From Nemertoderma westbladi (lineage: Eukaryota; Animalia; Xenacoelomorpha): a DNA stretch of 33,511 nt. Below are positions 1-12,114 of the stretch, piece after piece. Every line of letters begins with the position of its first letter. Position 1 is the stretch's first letter. The notes below the pieces were generated by a model. The model was not told where the DNA came from and searched no databases. It was given only the letters and a program-made list of their open reading frames with translations. Position numbers and translations under genes: made by a program. The stretch covers positions 1 to 33,511 of the forward strand of contig JAUCBJ010004096.1 of assembly GCA_032718475.1 (NCBI GenBank), in the 5' to 3' direction.

Positions 1-660
1 ATAGCACAGCACAGCACAGTGACGAAGGAAAGATAACCATACGGATTTCAAATATATAATTTTAAAATTTTAATTTGGTTAGGAAATTGCTGAGTTATGG
101 GCATTCGAATGTTGCATGTATTTGTTTTCGCTGCAGACATTTTATTATATTTAATTAATACGCGATATTCTAGAACATTTTCTTTATATATGAATAGCTG
201 CGTGTACTAACAGTATTTTTATTATATTTGGAATCTACTTATGAGCTAGTACTGTTCCCATAACTATAGAATACATCGACTCCAGCGGAATGCCAATATC
301 TCAGATATTCCTTTTGATAAATTCCGAATTTATTACAAACTGTATTTAGTTTCTCTGCAATGTCATCTTCCCATCGTTACCAACGAACCTCTTTATAAAG
401 GTTAAAATTTCAACAGAGATACCTATTTAAAGCGCTTGTATGTAATGATTGAAAGCGAAAATACAATTCTGACTCCCCGACTAAAGAGGGGGAGGTGGAA
501 CGATCTTGAGAGACAGGGAGGAGGTAACTTGAAGCACGTCGCACATCTCCATATTAGCGAGTTAATATCTTGACACGAAAATTATCAATTCATTTATTTA
601 ATTAATTTATTAACCTAAACAATATACGAAATTTATGGATATTGAAATACACCTTACGTA

Positions 661-770
661 GGGGCCGTTCACAAATGATGTAACGATATTTTTGACGATA
701 TTCGACACCAATCTGTCACCAATTTTATAACCCTTTTATATTTTATAAAGTCACGTCACAAAAATAACCT
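661..770 (+). mobile_element. Possible left end of a PIF/Harbinger(Tourist)-like MITE
   Basis: TA-GGGGCCGTTCACAAATGATGTAACG resembles termini of invertebrate Harbinger-type MITEs. No matching right terminus found; right boundary approximate. Confidence 0.25.
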
Positions 771-837
771 GTATGTATAGTTAATAAAAAATGTCAAACT
801 TGAAATTTAAAGCTACTGTAGTTCTGGTACCGGTATT

Positions 838-871
838 TACTACTACTACTACTACAGTACTACTACTACTA
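838..871. repeat. (TAC)n microsatellite
   Basis: tactactactactactacagtactactactacta; accounts for the poly-T/poly-L runs in ORF 791..1036. Confidence 0.9.
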
Positions 872-3800
872 GGTCGAGCGAACTCGGACAGTGGAAATGA
901 GATCCTTCCAGGCTTCCCGATTCTCCATAGTTGTCGCTATTTCGTTTCTCCCAAGTTCAGTATCCCTTTCAAGTTGATCTATTTATGTTATGGCCGGTCG
1001 ATATATATTAATATATTTATAATATATTATAATTAATAATATATTAATCATATCGGTGATATATTAATCAATATTCTTTCAGAAATTTATAAATATATTT
1101 TTTAGAAAACATTACTTACTTAACTAAATATAGAATAATAACTGGAACACAATTCAATTAAATCACATCAATTCAACAGAATATACAAATAAATATTCAA
1201 AAATAATGAATAGGGTTAGCTCACAATAATGATGCTACAATAATTATTAGCTGAACATCTGACTTGGTTTCCTGTCACCGTTCCATATCTGTGTTACATA
1301 TGAATGTAAGTATAGGAACGAACCACCTGTGTATCCAATACAGAACCCCGAGGTTTACCTAGTCTAACCAATCCACTGGTCGCTGTAATTAATTAACGCT
1401 AAATATATCCCTTATAAGGATATAAAAAGCTGAACTGGTGTTTTTGAGTGCAGAATGGAGTGCAATTGTCCAAACAGAGTTGATAGTTTAGTAACACGGA
1501 CGGACGTACAATGACATAGGGTTGTCGGGTAACTTTAGGGAAACCACAACCAGCCACAGTGGGACCGAGATAATTAGAATAGATTAGATAAACATATAAC
1601 ATCATAGTAGTTCTGAATGGGAACCAACTCCATTAATTAATATATTGTAAACCAATATATTATTGGTTAAATAATATAACCAATGGTAACATTTGAGTAA
1701 TAATTAAAACTTTATATTAGTGGATTGTCCAGGTTTGTGTTTACCAAAGGGACGTAGCAGATACACAGGTATTACTCGAATACTCACAATACAGATAATG
1801 AGATCAATTCGACAAAAAACGAATTAAAATGGAAACCAATTGAGGGAAATTTATATCATTTATGTATTTATATCTGATATAAATTAATTATTTTAAATCT
1901 ATTTCAGTGAAAATTACGAGCTCTCCCTATGCAGAATATTAATTAAATCATTGTTATTATTTATAATATAAATAAAGTTAGAAAATTACCATAATATAAA
2001 TTATTATATAAACCTATTATTTATAATACAGGCAGGCCCTCAACATCAATATATTAAATATTTTCGGTAACTGAATATAATATTCTGTAAGATACGGGAT
2101 TGAACTGGTGTTATTCAATCAATTGATCTGATCTTCTTTTTAATACTTAGTATAGTTTGAGTTTAGAACATCGGAACTACTGTCTGTCTGTAGGGTTGGA
2201 TTGTTGGGATGTTATTTGTTAATTTGTTGATTTTTTATAATTAAGTTTCTCTTCTCTGATATTCCAATATTACATATATAATATTCTGCTTCTGTTTTCT
2301 TATAATCCAATTGGGTTCGCGATTATTCTGTAAATATAGAAATTAAATAGGTCTGGATATAAATTTTGTATATTATTAAAACGTTTCTTTTATGTAATTT
2401 TTTTTATACTGTATAATATTAAATTTATTTCGAATATGCACCAAACAATACCCACCACCAACAGACGACATGTATTAATTGACGAAGTAGAAAAGGGTAG
2501 GAAATTTAAAACTAGCACTAAGATAGTGTTAAAAGGCGGGAAATTTAAAACGATTTCAACATTGAAAATATTTCAATGCAACTAAATAGTAGGCCTACAG
2601 TAATAATTTTAAGGAGCATTTCTAACATTCTAAACGGAAAAATTTCTTCCTGACTGAAAACCAAAATTAATTCAAGAGGCCTTTGTGACTCAATGTAACT
2701 CACCTTAATATATCGAAGAATCAACTGCTTAAATAATTTGGATTGTTGGTCTAGTTGGAATATAGGATATGTTGCCGACATCTCAATGTAAAATAATAAT
2801 GTGTCAGAGTTGAGCTGAAGTTGTTGATTTACAATTCAAGAGGTGATACTTGTCTGGAAAATAGCAAAACGGAAAAATAATATTATGATTTCATATTAAA
2901 AATCCTTCCCAGCCCAGAGTAAAACTTTGAATTTTTTGCTTCAGCAACATATGGTGTATTTTATTAAATATAACAAAATAGCCTAGCGCTGATGCAAAAC
3001 CTATATATCCACTACTCTACTATATCCACCAATTACTACTTGATATTGAGTTTACCCATTCCACACATTTTGTACAAAAACTATAGTGAATTAATCACTA
3101 CTCTTTAATTTTGAAGGTCTCTGTATACACTAAATCAATTTGTTGCAGTGATGTGTCTATTTTTGATACCTTAAGATAATTAGAAGTAACATTTTTATGT
3201 ATTTGTCTATAAATCATCACGGCAGTAATGTTGACTTGTGCCGTAATATCTCAAGAACTATTCGCTCTATGCTTATTTTGATGGTGTCTACCCCCACTAA
3301 ATCGGTCATTGCGGTTCTAATGAGCATAATAATAATGCCGTAGGAGAACTAAAAGTTGACCATCACCAAAATTGAGAATAATCATCACTTGCGCCAAAGA
3401 GCAAGTTCTGGTCATGTGCCTGTGGCACTACTTCCCTTAATCCAAAAATTAAAATTTTGGCATCTAACTAAGTTTGGTCCCATTTGATGACATTTGATGC
3501 ATGCAGGAAGTTCTTTTTTGAGTCCATTGATCTTTCATCAATGTGTTATATTGTTATAAATTTCATTATGGTGCATCGCGATGGCACAAAATTTCAACCC
3601 TCTTGGGATCCGTGAAGACATAGACGAAATTTAAAGAACTTTTTTTTGCCTTATTTTTTTACCATTTGGCAACATTTGTGCACCGGTAGAACAATGAAAT
3701 CGAATTTTTTTTTGCTTTACTGTGTATATGTGACATATGTGGTATAAGGCCAGTCCACAGACGGAAGTAATTTAATTAATTCGTGTCTGCTGGTTGGCAT

Positions 3801-4283
3801 TTGACCCTGAACCGCAATAGGTAAAACCCAATATAGTAAGTGGGTTGCAGAAGTCTGTTATAAAGTCTTTAACGTTAGTGTTGGTGTAGACTGGTACAGT
3901 GAGAGACGTTAGTGTTGCCACCTCTACAAGCAGTAGGAAGTTGGCTAGGCCTAATAGTATTCAGGTAAACCTGAGTACTGCTTAATTTTGCCTCCCACCC
4001 CTGGCCCTTAAATATCTGAAATGAGTCCCGTACCCCGTAAGTCGCCCCAATATTCGCCCGTAAATCGCCCCCAGTCCATTGAATGTACCCAAATTCCATG
4101 TTCCCGTTTTCCGTTAAGAAAAGTTGAAATACCACGAACAGTCCCCCCCCAATGACCTTCGTGAGGTCTATCGGTAGATCGAGTTTGCGTATGTCATTTC
4201 CCATATAAAAACCTAAATTTTAATATTACATAGTCCTGATTAATTTTTCCTAGAGTTAGTTTATGTAAATATATAAAAAATAA

Positions 4284-4752
4284 ATGTTTGATATAAATGT
4301 CTTTGGGAAGAATGGCATAATGCCCCAGATATTGGCAACACCACAGCTTTCACATAGCGAGAACATAGTCGCTTTGTTAGTTGATAAATCCGATTTATTG
4401 AAGAAAGGATACATTGTCCACATAGATAACTGGTATACTAGCACTCGCCTGGCGACGTTTTTTGACAATACAACTGGTGTGAGAGGAACGATAAATGCAT
4501 CTAGAGGAATTCCAGACGAATTAAAAAACTTCAAACAGAAGGCTATTAGTTCGAAGTTTATGCGAAATGAAAGTAAAACAATCTTATCTGTCAAATTTAC
4601 TGATAAACGAGATGTTTATTTATTGTCAACTGTGGATGATGCCAAAGAGGTTGAGAAGAACCGATTTGTCCATGGTGGTGATCAAGTTGCATTTTGTAAA
4701 CCAACCCCGATTGACATGTATAACAAATTCATGGGAGGCGTTGACTTGCAGG
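4284..4752 (+). pseudogene. piggyBac transposase fragment (DDE_Tnp_1_7, PGBD4-like catalytic core)
   Basis: Motifs GYIVHIDNWYTS (2nd catalytic Asp), GTINASRGIP, DKRDVYLLST and KP..IDMYNKFMGGVD (3rd catalytic Asp). Similarity stops after MGGVDLQ; the first Asp region and the C-terminal Cys-rich domain are absent. Confidence 0.9.
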
Positions 4753-5319
4753 TGTGGTTTGGAAACAGTGGAATTGTGCACTGGAAAGCATCCAACCACC
4801 CAGACCACCAACCGTGGTCTTGTGGTACTTTAAATTAATCTAATCTAATTATTAATTAATCATAATAATTAATTTATCTAATCTAAAGCCCCGGTTTCAA
4901 TGATTTAACATAGCTACAGTACAATAGCTATAGTACTATATACTACTACTAGCTATAGTAATACTACAGCTGCAATTGTACTATACTAATTAATACTACA
5001 ATAGTAATACTAACAGTTGGCCGTGTCTCACAGCTACCTCCTACTGTATTTCAGATACTCTCATCCCGGTTTCACAACACTACTAAATGTGGAATGCCAC
5101 AGTACTGGTTCTGCTACTGCAGTACCTACAAAATCTATATATATAATTATATCAATCAAGAGATTAAATAATATTTTTATAATCTGAGGCGAATCGGAGC
5201 AGCACTTAGACTGCTTAGCGATAGTCCAGTTGACTGACTGATATTACACTATATATATTACCTATATCCTAATTTATTTATTGATATTACCCTTATCCTT
5301 ATCGATATCATTATTTATT

Positions 5320-6130
5320 ATTTATTCCACGAAAGTTACACAAATTACAAACAAAATTATTCTAGAACACATTTTACACAGTTTTTAACAAATTACCATG
5401 GATCTGAAAGTCCCATAGAACTTCAACTTGAAACCGCAACTCACAACTAACTGATAATAAGCACTATATTATCTGTATACCTATATTCCTACTACCTATA
5501 TCTTATTTATTAACTATTCCACAAAAGTGAAACAAAATACAAACAAAATTGTTCTAGAACACATCTTACTATATCTCATATATCCTATATGTAGAACACA
5601 TTGTTATTGTATGAAATATATAATAGCCTTGTTGCTTGTAAAAGTCCCAAAGAACGTTAATTTGAAACCATTATCCTTATAAATACTTACATAACTACTT
5701 ATTTATGAAAGTCCAATGGGAACATCAACTTTAAATCTATATAAAATTAATGAAAATTGCTATATATATCTATATATATCAACTCTGAGTTGTTTAATTG
5801 GGAAGAAATAGCAACTTCTGAGTTATTAAAATAATGTGCCAGGAGGACTATATACAAATATGCACTTATATTATTATTATTATACGTTTTCGAATTTAGT
5901 TGTTCTAGAATAATTTAAATTGTCTGAGAAGTTTAAAATATATGCCAAGAAATAGCCTTCTGAGTTATGAGAATGTACCAAGAGGACTATTATTCGGTAT
6001 CTAAATTTCTGTTTTACCGTTTTACTGTATTGCCGTTTTCGAATTGAATTGTTCTAGAATAAATTCCTTACAATATAAACAAACTTTCTGTACAAGCACA
6101 CATATTTACAATTTAAAAGTTCTAGAAAAT
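5320..6130. repeat. Degenerate tandem duplications
   Basis: TATTCCAC.AAAGT...TTCTAGAACACAT at about 5323 and 5515; AAAGTCC...GAAC...TT.AAA at about 5407, 5641 and 5708; AAGAAATAGC...TTCTGAGTTAT...GAGGACTAT at about 5803 and 5948. Confidence 0.65.
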
Positions 6131-6496
6131 ACATGTTTCTATAATAGCCCATTTTCATTAGTTACTATCATATAGCTTAAGATACTAGACATTTTACAAG
6201 TTGTTATTTACAGAGCATCTCTTTGAATTATCTTTATTGTTTTTAAAGAAATCAACATTCCATTTGGACAAAAGAACGTACTGTAATAAATAAATGGAAC
6301 TATATTTGGAACGACGTGTTTTCACACAATCATTATACCCAAATATTTTATACTTGCTTGGATTTATGAGATGTGTTTGGAGTTAATTTTCTCTTCTTAT
6401 GGGTGAACTTTTATTGTTTTCAGAGTGCCCCTTCCCAATATGAAGGAAGCAATACCTACACCAAGGGCCCCAAAATATTGTGCATAGGGAATTTAA

Positions 6497-6568
6497 CCCT
6501 ATTAGTACTGGGCTATAAAATGCTGTACAAATACCGGGAGGGGGTCATATTGACCCCTCATCGTGAGG
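6497..6568 (+). mobile_element. 72-bp TTAA-flanked mini-derivative of the piggyBac-type element at 7173-8737
   Basis: The first about 60 bp are nearly identical to 7173-7233 (CCCTATTAGTAC.GGGCTATAAAATG.TGTACAAATACCGGGAGGGGGTCATATTGACCCC). TTAA at 6493-6496 and 6569-6572. Confidence 0.8.
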
Positions 6569-6929
6569 TTAAGTTATGTGAAGATGAATATGCAATGGTT
6601 GGTGAAAAATTGCGATTTGAAAAATAATAGAAGTTACCTGATGCTAAGTGTAGACACCCGAACACCTGTAAAATAAAGGTTGGTGATTGGATGCAGTACT
6701 AGCGTTGGGTGACTAATAACGCCTCTAGCGGAATAAGCGGGAACTTGAGAAGTTACCATGGTTACGGATGAAATGCTGACATCTGATTGGTTGAAATAAT
6801 AACGACCACTGCAAAAGGTTGAAATGGTGGCTTCTGATTGGCTGCAGTACCAGAAATGGATGGTAATGATGGACTACGGGTGACCTTGATCGAGGGGCCA
6901 TGTAATGTATACTACTTCTAACCCCCCAG

Positions 6930-7172
6930 CCTGTAAATTGTACAAAGAACAGATGGCTAAATTCATAGGTAAAGGGTATGCAGAATTAGTTCCCCTTGAC
7001 TCGGCCCCGAGTGAAAAAACTTATTACTTGACCCATCACTATGTGGAGCGGGAAGACAAACCCGGAAAAATCCGTGTCGTATTCGATGGATCGGCACATT
7101 ATAAAGGGCAGTCTTTAATTTCTGAGCTATTGCCAGGGCCTAACTTGTTACAGTCTCTACCGGGGATCTTAA
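6930..7172 (+). pseudogene. pol: BEL/Pao pol, N-terminal part of reverse transcriptase
   Basis: YYLTHHYV.REDKPGKIRVVFDGSA...G.SL...LLPGPNLLQSLPGIL; ends exactly at the TTAA insertion site. Confidence 0.9.
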
Positions 7173-8737
7173 CCCTATTAGTACCGGGCTATAAAATGTT
7201 GTACAAATACCGGGAGGGGGTCATATTGACCCCCCCCCCTCTAAAATCTACAAATATTTACGAAAACGTCTGATTTTTTGTTTGTACGTAGGTATCACTT
7301 GTCTGGATCCGACCGAAAAAAAAATTTTCGAAAAAATGTACTGGGGTGGTTATATTGCAGCACCAAAATTACAAGTAGTGCACAATTTTCACCAAATTTG
7401 AAAGTTACATTTTCGGCTAATTATTTTTCAATACAGGTTTTCTGGGGTGTAAAATACATTGGAAAATATTAAAAAATGATATGATTACTATAAATGGCTG
7501 TTTAGTCCTCTCTGCGTAGGAAAAAAATGAAAAAAACAAGTAACCAGCACTTTTCAGTTAGAACTCAAAATTTTTAATTCACTTATACGATGCTATAAAT
7601 TCACATTTTCAGGTTTTCGAGGGCGCTGATTCTAATGGAATACATTTCTAATATGCTAGATCATTGCTACTTGTATTTTTCGGCGTAATTTGGGAAATTT
7701 TGGTGCTACCACCAAATTTCGCACCCATCACCAAAAAGTACAAGTTTGCGATGTCCAGTGCAGTTTTTATTGATTCCATCGGATTCAGGACCCTCATAAA
7801 CCCGTATAACGCAAGAAACAAGGTGATACTATCTACTTATCAATTTGCATATTTTCCAAAATTTGGTGCTGGCACAACAATTTTCACCCACCGGCGAAAA
7901 ATACAAGTTTGACAACTCTTATGAAATTTTTACTGATTCTATTGAATTCAGAACCATCACAAACCCGTATAACGCAAGAAACAAGGTGACACAATCAATT
8001 GATATATTTGATGGTTTTCAAAATTTGGTGCTAGCACCACATTTTGCACCCACATCCGAAAAATACAAGTTTTAGATGTCTAGTTCGATAATTATATTTT
8101 CCATTGAATTCAGAACAGCCATAAACCTCTAAAACGCAAGAAATAAATTCTCACAAGCAATTTTATCTATTGAATGGATTTTCAAAATTTCGTGTTAGCA
8201 CCAAAATTTTCACACAGCACCGAAAAATACAAGTTTGATACGCTTGGTGCAACTCGTATATATTTCTTCGAATCCAGAAACCCAAAAAACCCCAATTGCG
8301 TAAAAAACAAGTTTCAAACGATCAATTTACAAAATTGACTTATTTCAAAATTTGGTGCTGGCACCAAAATTTGGCACCCACCGAAAAAAACAAGTTTCAA
8401 ATTTCTAAATCAATTTATATGAATTCCATCAAATTTCTAACACCAAAAAAACCAAACCGTGTAAATAAAAAATAGAGATGTTACAATTCATATTTAATGA
8501 AATGTAATTTTCAAAAAACGTCTCAAAAAAAGTGCCAAAAGTAGGGTTAAAAAATGGCGCTATAACTCGAAAAGTACCCAATATTTTTGAAAACGGTTTT
8601 CACTACTAGGAAGACAATAGATTTTTAGGAAAAGTCATAAAATTTCAGATTCCCAACTGCGTTTGTTTCAGAATTATAATAAAAAAACCACGGGAAGGGT
8701 CATATTGACCCCCCCCCCCCCCCCGGGTTTAATAGGG
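7173..8737. mobile_element. Non-autonomous piggyBac-type element (1565 bp) inserted in the BEL RT
   Basis: TTAA duplication (7169-7172, 8738-8741), terminal inverted repeat CCCTATTA/TAATAGGG and a subterminal GGGTCATATTGACCC quasi-palindrome at both ends. Removing it restores GPNLLQSLPGIL-MRMRQYEVAFASDIEGMF in frame. Confidence 0.95.
7695..8510. repeat. About 163-bp tandem repeat, 5 diverged copies, inside the piggyBac-type element
   Basis: AAA.TTTGGTGCT..CAC-like motif recurs at about 7695, 7858, 8020, 8184 and 8346, each followed by AAAAA.ACAAGTTT-like sequence. Confidence 0.9.
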
Positions 8738-8741
8738 TTAA

Positions 8742-9247
8742 TGCGTATGAGACAGTATGAGGTAGCCTTTGCTTCTGATATTGAAGGCATGTTTTTGCAG
8801 GTCAAGGCCTTGAGCGAAGATAGAGATTGCATGCGTTTCTTGTGGTGGCCTGAGGGTGATCTTAAAGTGACACCCGTAGAATATAGAATGACCATACAAG
8901 CCTTCGGAATTATCTCTAGTCCTTCAAACTCTTGTTCAGTCTTGCACCGGACTGCAGATGACCACAGAGATGAATTTCCAGTGTCAGTTATTAATAATAT
9001 CAAACGGGACATATACATGGATGACAATTTGAAGTCAGCCCCATCAGTAGAAGAAGCTATAAATGTAGCACTTTCTACCATAGATTGTCTTAAACTAGGA
9101 GGTTTCAGGTTAACCAAGTTCGCGAGCAATTCAAGAGAATTCTTAAAGGCAATTGAACACTCCGAACGGGGTGACACTGAATTAGACTTGAATAAGGATG
9201 ACCTGCCGGAAACAAAGACCCTAGGTCTTTGTTGGAGCACTGAGTGA
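8742..9247 (+). pseudogene. pol: BEL/Pao pol, RT catalytic core
   Basis: VAFASDIEGMFLQV, RFLWW, FGIISSP, IYMDDNL, GGFRLTKFASN, KTLGLCW; frameshift at about 9245 into the next ORF. Confidence 0.92.
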
Positions 9248-11763
9248 TGTTTTTTAAGGTTAAGTTGCGTGATGATCTAGTTAGAACCAAACGTATATGT
9301 TTAAGCATACTTAGTACATATTTTGACCCCCTAGGATTCATTAGCCCCATCATACTCATAGCTAGAGACCTTGTTCAGAGAATGTGGAAGGAAAACGACA
9401 GTTGGGATGACCCCCTGAAGGGAGAGCTGCTAGATGACTGGTGGAAATGGGAACGGTCACTCCCTGACTTGGAGGGCCTTTTAGTGCCTCGAGCATATTT
9501 CGGGAATGTCCTGCCTACCTTCGAGTTTCAACTCCATCTATTCGGCGACGCCAGTGATAAAGGGATGGGTGTGGTGGCTTACTTTAGGGTAGTAACCCCT
9601 GAAGGAGTAAAGGTAGCATTGGCTGCTTCCAAAGCAATAATTAGACCTATTGCCAGGCCAAAGGACTCCTTAACCATTCCCCGCGCAGAACTCAAAGCAG
9701 CTTTATATAGTACTATTATAGCTAAGAATATATTGGCACAAACGGACTACAATATAGTTAAGACAGTGTACTGGACTGATGCAGCATTGGTTCTAGAATA
9801 CCTAACAAACACGGTGTGCCAGTTCAGCGTTTTTGTGACCAACCGTGTTGCCATTATCCTAAAGAACACTGAGGTTGAGCAATGGCGGCATTGTCCGGGA
9901 GCGCTTAACCCTGCAGATATTACATCGCGAGGCGCGACACCTACGGAACTTATCAATACGAAATGTTGGCTGGAAGGACCAGCTTTTCTACATAAACCAG
10001 AAGATGAATGGCCAGCAAATCTAACACCTGCCGAAATACGGCAGCAGGCGAAGGGCGCCGAGATTATTAAGCCCAAGGTGCGAGCATCAAAATCGAAACT
10101 TTTCAGACCTTTGGACATGACTTCAATGCATGTGCAGGAAGATCTGCGTCCTGGTGATAGTCTGCTAATCAGTGCAGAACAACTTCCCAGTTTAATTCCA
10201 GGCCTATCCCCACTTATAACTCAAGCCTTAGATCATTATAGCTCGTGGCACAAACTTTGCCGCGCCCTCAGTATCTTAAAGAGATATGTACACTTTAGAT
10301 ACTCCAAGTTATCCTCCCCCTTGAGTAGCTTGTCTGCTGAAGAGGTCGATGATACCAATAAACAATTGTTGAGGCTAGCTCAGCTCCAGGATGACCCTAC
10401 CAAGTACGAACACCTGTCTAAGAACCCCAACTTACGGTTCAATGATAAGTATACCAGCACAATGATTGATGGGTTAATCAGAGTTGGTGGTAGACTTACA
10501 AATGCACCACTATCGCACGACACAATTTTCCCAATCTTAACCTCGGATCCTAACAAACTACGCAAAATGATCCAGGATGTGCACAGTAACTTGTTCCACG
10601 CGGGCAGGGAGCATATACTGAGTGAGATACGTACACGGTACTATCTCATTAAGCCCAGAAATGCTCTAAACCAAGTACTACGGCATTGCATTCCGTGCAA
10701 GAAACTTTATTGCGCACCCATGACTCAAATGGAAGTCCCTTTGCCCAAGGAACGTGTGAGCTGCTACGAACCACCCTTTACCCACACAGGTGTGGATCTA
10801 TTTGGACCCATTGAAGTCAAGCGCGCTAGAACTATAGTAAAACGTTGGTGCGTTATCTTTGTATGCATGACCTGCCGCGCTGTGCACTTAGATATGGTAA
10901 ATGACATTTCCATGAACTGCTTTATATTATGCCTGCGAAGACAAATAGGTAGATTTGGCACTAGTAATACTATGAAGTCGGACAAAGGCACCAACTTTAT
11001 AGGAGCCAATAATGAGATAGCTAAAAGCATAGACAAGTTGAATCAGGAGCAAGTAGATAACCTATTAAAGGTCACCGCCTCCAGCTGGACATTCAATGCA
11101 GCGAATGCACCTTGGTGGGGTGGAAGTTGGGAACGGCTGATCCGTAGTGTGAAGGTAGCGTTCCACCACATCCTGCCCTGCAAAGCTTATCTCACCGATG
11201 AGATATTACGCACCATACTTGAAGAGGTCTCAGCCTATCTAAATGACAGACCTCTTATGCCCATCTCATCCAGCCCCAAGGCCTTAGAAGCTCTAACCCC
11301 CGCACACTTCTTAATGAAGAAGAAGGTTGTCATGCTTCCACTCTCACTCCCGGAGGATGGTAATGAGCACCTGCGACAGACATGGCAGATGGTGCAACTG
11401 CTGTCAAGCAGATTCGCCAATCATTTTGAAAGATACTACCTTCCAAGCATCCAATTGCGTAATAAATGGTTCGCGGTGAAGGACAATGCCAGGGTAGGTG
11501 ATATGGTCCTAGTGGTAGATCCGGACTTACCTCGCAAATACTGGCAAACAGCGCGCATAGTTGAGACACACACCAGCGCTGATGGTCTCGTCAGGTCCGT
11601 CGATCTCATAATAGTAAAGGAAAAGAGCAAGCTCAATTACGTACAACAACGCCTCAACAGACCAATAGGTCGATTATGCCTGCTTGAAATGGCCAGAGAA
11701 GAATCCGGAAATTATGGTCGGCAGGAGGTCAAGCCATCCAGCTTGACTTACTTCCTGCGCTAG
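9244..11763 (+). CDS. pol: BEL/Pao pol C-terminal part: RNase H (Peptidase_A17), integrase zinc finger, DDE core and C-terminal domain
   Basis: FDPLGFISP, LHLFGDAS, TIPRAEL.AA, YWTD, FVTNRV, WRHCPGALNPAD, H..FH.G...CIPC, GVDLFGP, SDKGTNF.GA, PWWGGSWERLIRSVK, LNDRPL, LTPAHFL, DGLVRSV. 839 open codons, but not independently functional. Confidence 0.95.
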   Translation: MMFFKVKLRDDLVRTKRICLSILSTYFDPLGFISPIILIARDLVQRMWKENDSWDDPLKGELLDDWWKWERSLPDLEGLLVPRAYFGNVLPTFEFQLHLFGDASDKGMGVVAYFRVVTPEGVKVALAASKAIIRPIARPKDSLTIPRAELKAALYSTIIAKNILAQTDYNIVKTVYWTDAALVLEYLTNTVCQFSVFVTNRVAIILKNTEVEQWRHCPGALNPADITSRGATPTELINTKCWLEGPAFLHKPEDEWPANLTPAEIRQQAKGAEIIKPKVRASKSKLFRPLDMTSMHVQEDLRPGDSLLISAEQLPSLIPGLSPLITQALDHYSSWHKLCRALSILKRYVHFRYSKLSSPLSSLSAEEVDDTNKQLLRLAQLQDDPTKYEHLSKNPNLRFNDKYTSTMIDGLIRVGGRLTNAPLSHDTIFPILTSDPNKLRKMIQDVHSNLFHAGREHILSEIRTRYYLIKPRNALNQVLRHCIPCKKLYCAPMTQMEVPLPKERVSCYEPPFTHTGVDLFGPIEVKRARTIVKRWCVIFVCMTCRAVHLDMVNDISMNCFILCLRRQIGRFGTSNTMKSDKGTNFIGANNEIAKSIDKLNQEQVDNLLKVTASSWTFNAANAPWWGGSWERLIRSVKVAFHHILPCKAYLTDEILRTILEEVSAYLNDRPLMPISSSPKALEALTPAHFLMKKKVVMLPLSLPEDGNEHLRQTWQMVQLLSSRFANHFERYYLPSIQLRNKWFAVKDNARVGDMVLVVDPDLPRKYWQTARIVETHTSADGLVRSVDLIIVKEKSKLNYVQQRLNRPIGRLCLLEMAREESGNYGRQEVKPSSLTYFLR

Positions 11764-11803
11764 ATGGAACCATTAAACCTGACTGGTGTGGGGCGAGACA
11801 CGT

Positions 11804-12114
11804 ATGGCGAGCCATCAGCGAACTGATATAATTATACTATGGCCGTTTCTCAAAAGTCTGTGTGTGACGTGTGTGTGTGTGTGTGTGTGTGTGTCGGTAG
11901 CCATAAATGTCGGAAGCCATAATCGAAGTTAATATCTTCAACTAAATTGTATGGTTGAATCGAATTATTTCGATTCTTCTATCGGTAATTAATTATTTAG
12001 GGGGGTAACATTTATCCCATCTGGTATAAAATTAACATGGGTAGATTCGCCGTGTCCCATTCTATCAAAGTCTTTACTTTATACTCGAGATTAATGTCAA
12101 GTTTTATAGTTATT
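11804..12114 (+). repeat. Left arm of an about 310-bp inverted repeat; Helentron/HINE-like 5' end with (GT)n
   Basis: Near-identical reverse complement of 13842-14146 (two substitutions noticed plus GT copy number). The repeat is directly visible; the family assignment is inference from the terminal hairpin followed by a GT microsatellite. Confidence 0.85.

Larger units (their letters stand above)
6930..11803 (+). mobile_element. BEL/Pao LTR retrotransposon, 5'-truncated (no gag, protease or 5' LTR seen) and interrupted
   Basis: RT, RNase H (Peptidase_A17 family) and integrase in BEL/Pao order across three ORF pieces; boundaries approximate. Confidence 0.93.

Noticed and set aside
1324-1770. 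Weak inverted similarity (CCTGTGTATC and CAATCCACT at about 1326-1378 versus about 1720-1769)
   Set aside because: Too short and degenerate to define an element; no TSD.
3875-4204. 109-aa minus-strand ORF in a GC-richer patch
   Set aside because: No recognisable domain; may be non-coding transposon sequence.
7278-8075. Short ORFs inside the piggyBac-type element
   Set aside because: Translations of the 163-bp repeats and element interior; no transposase motifs.
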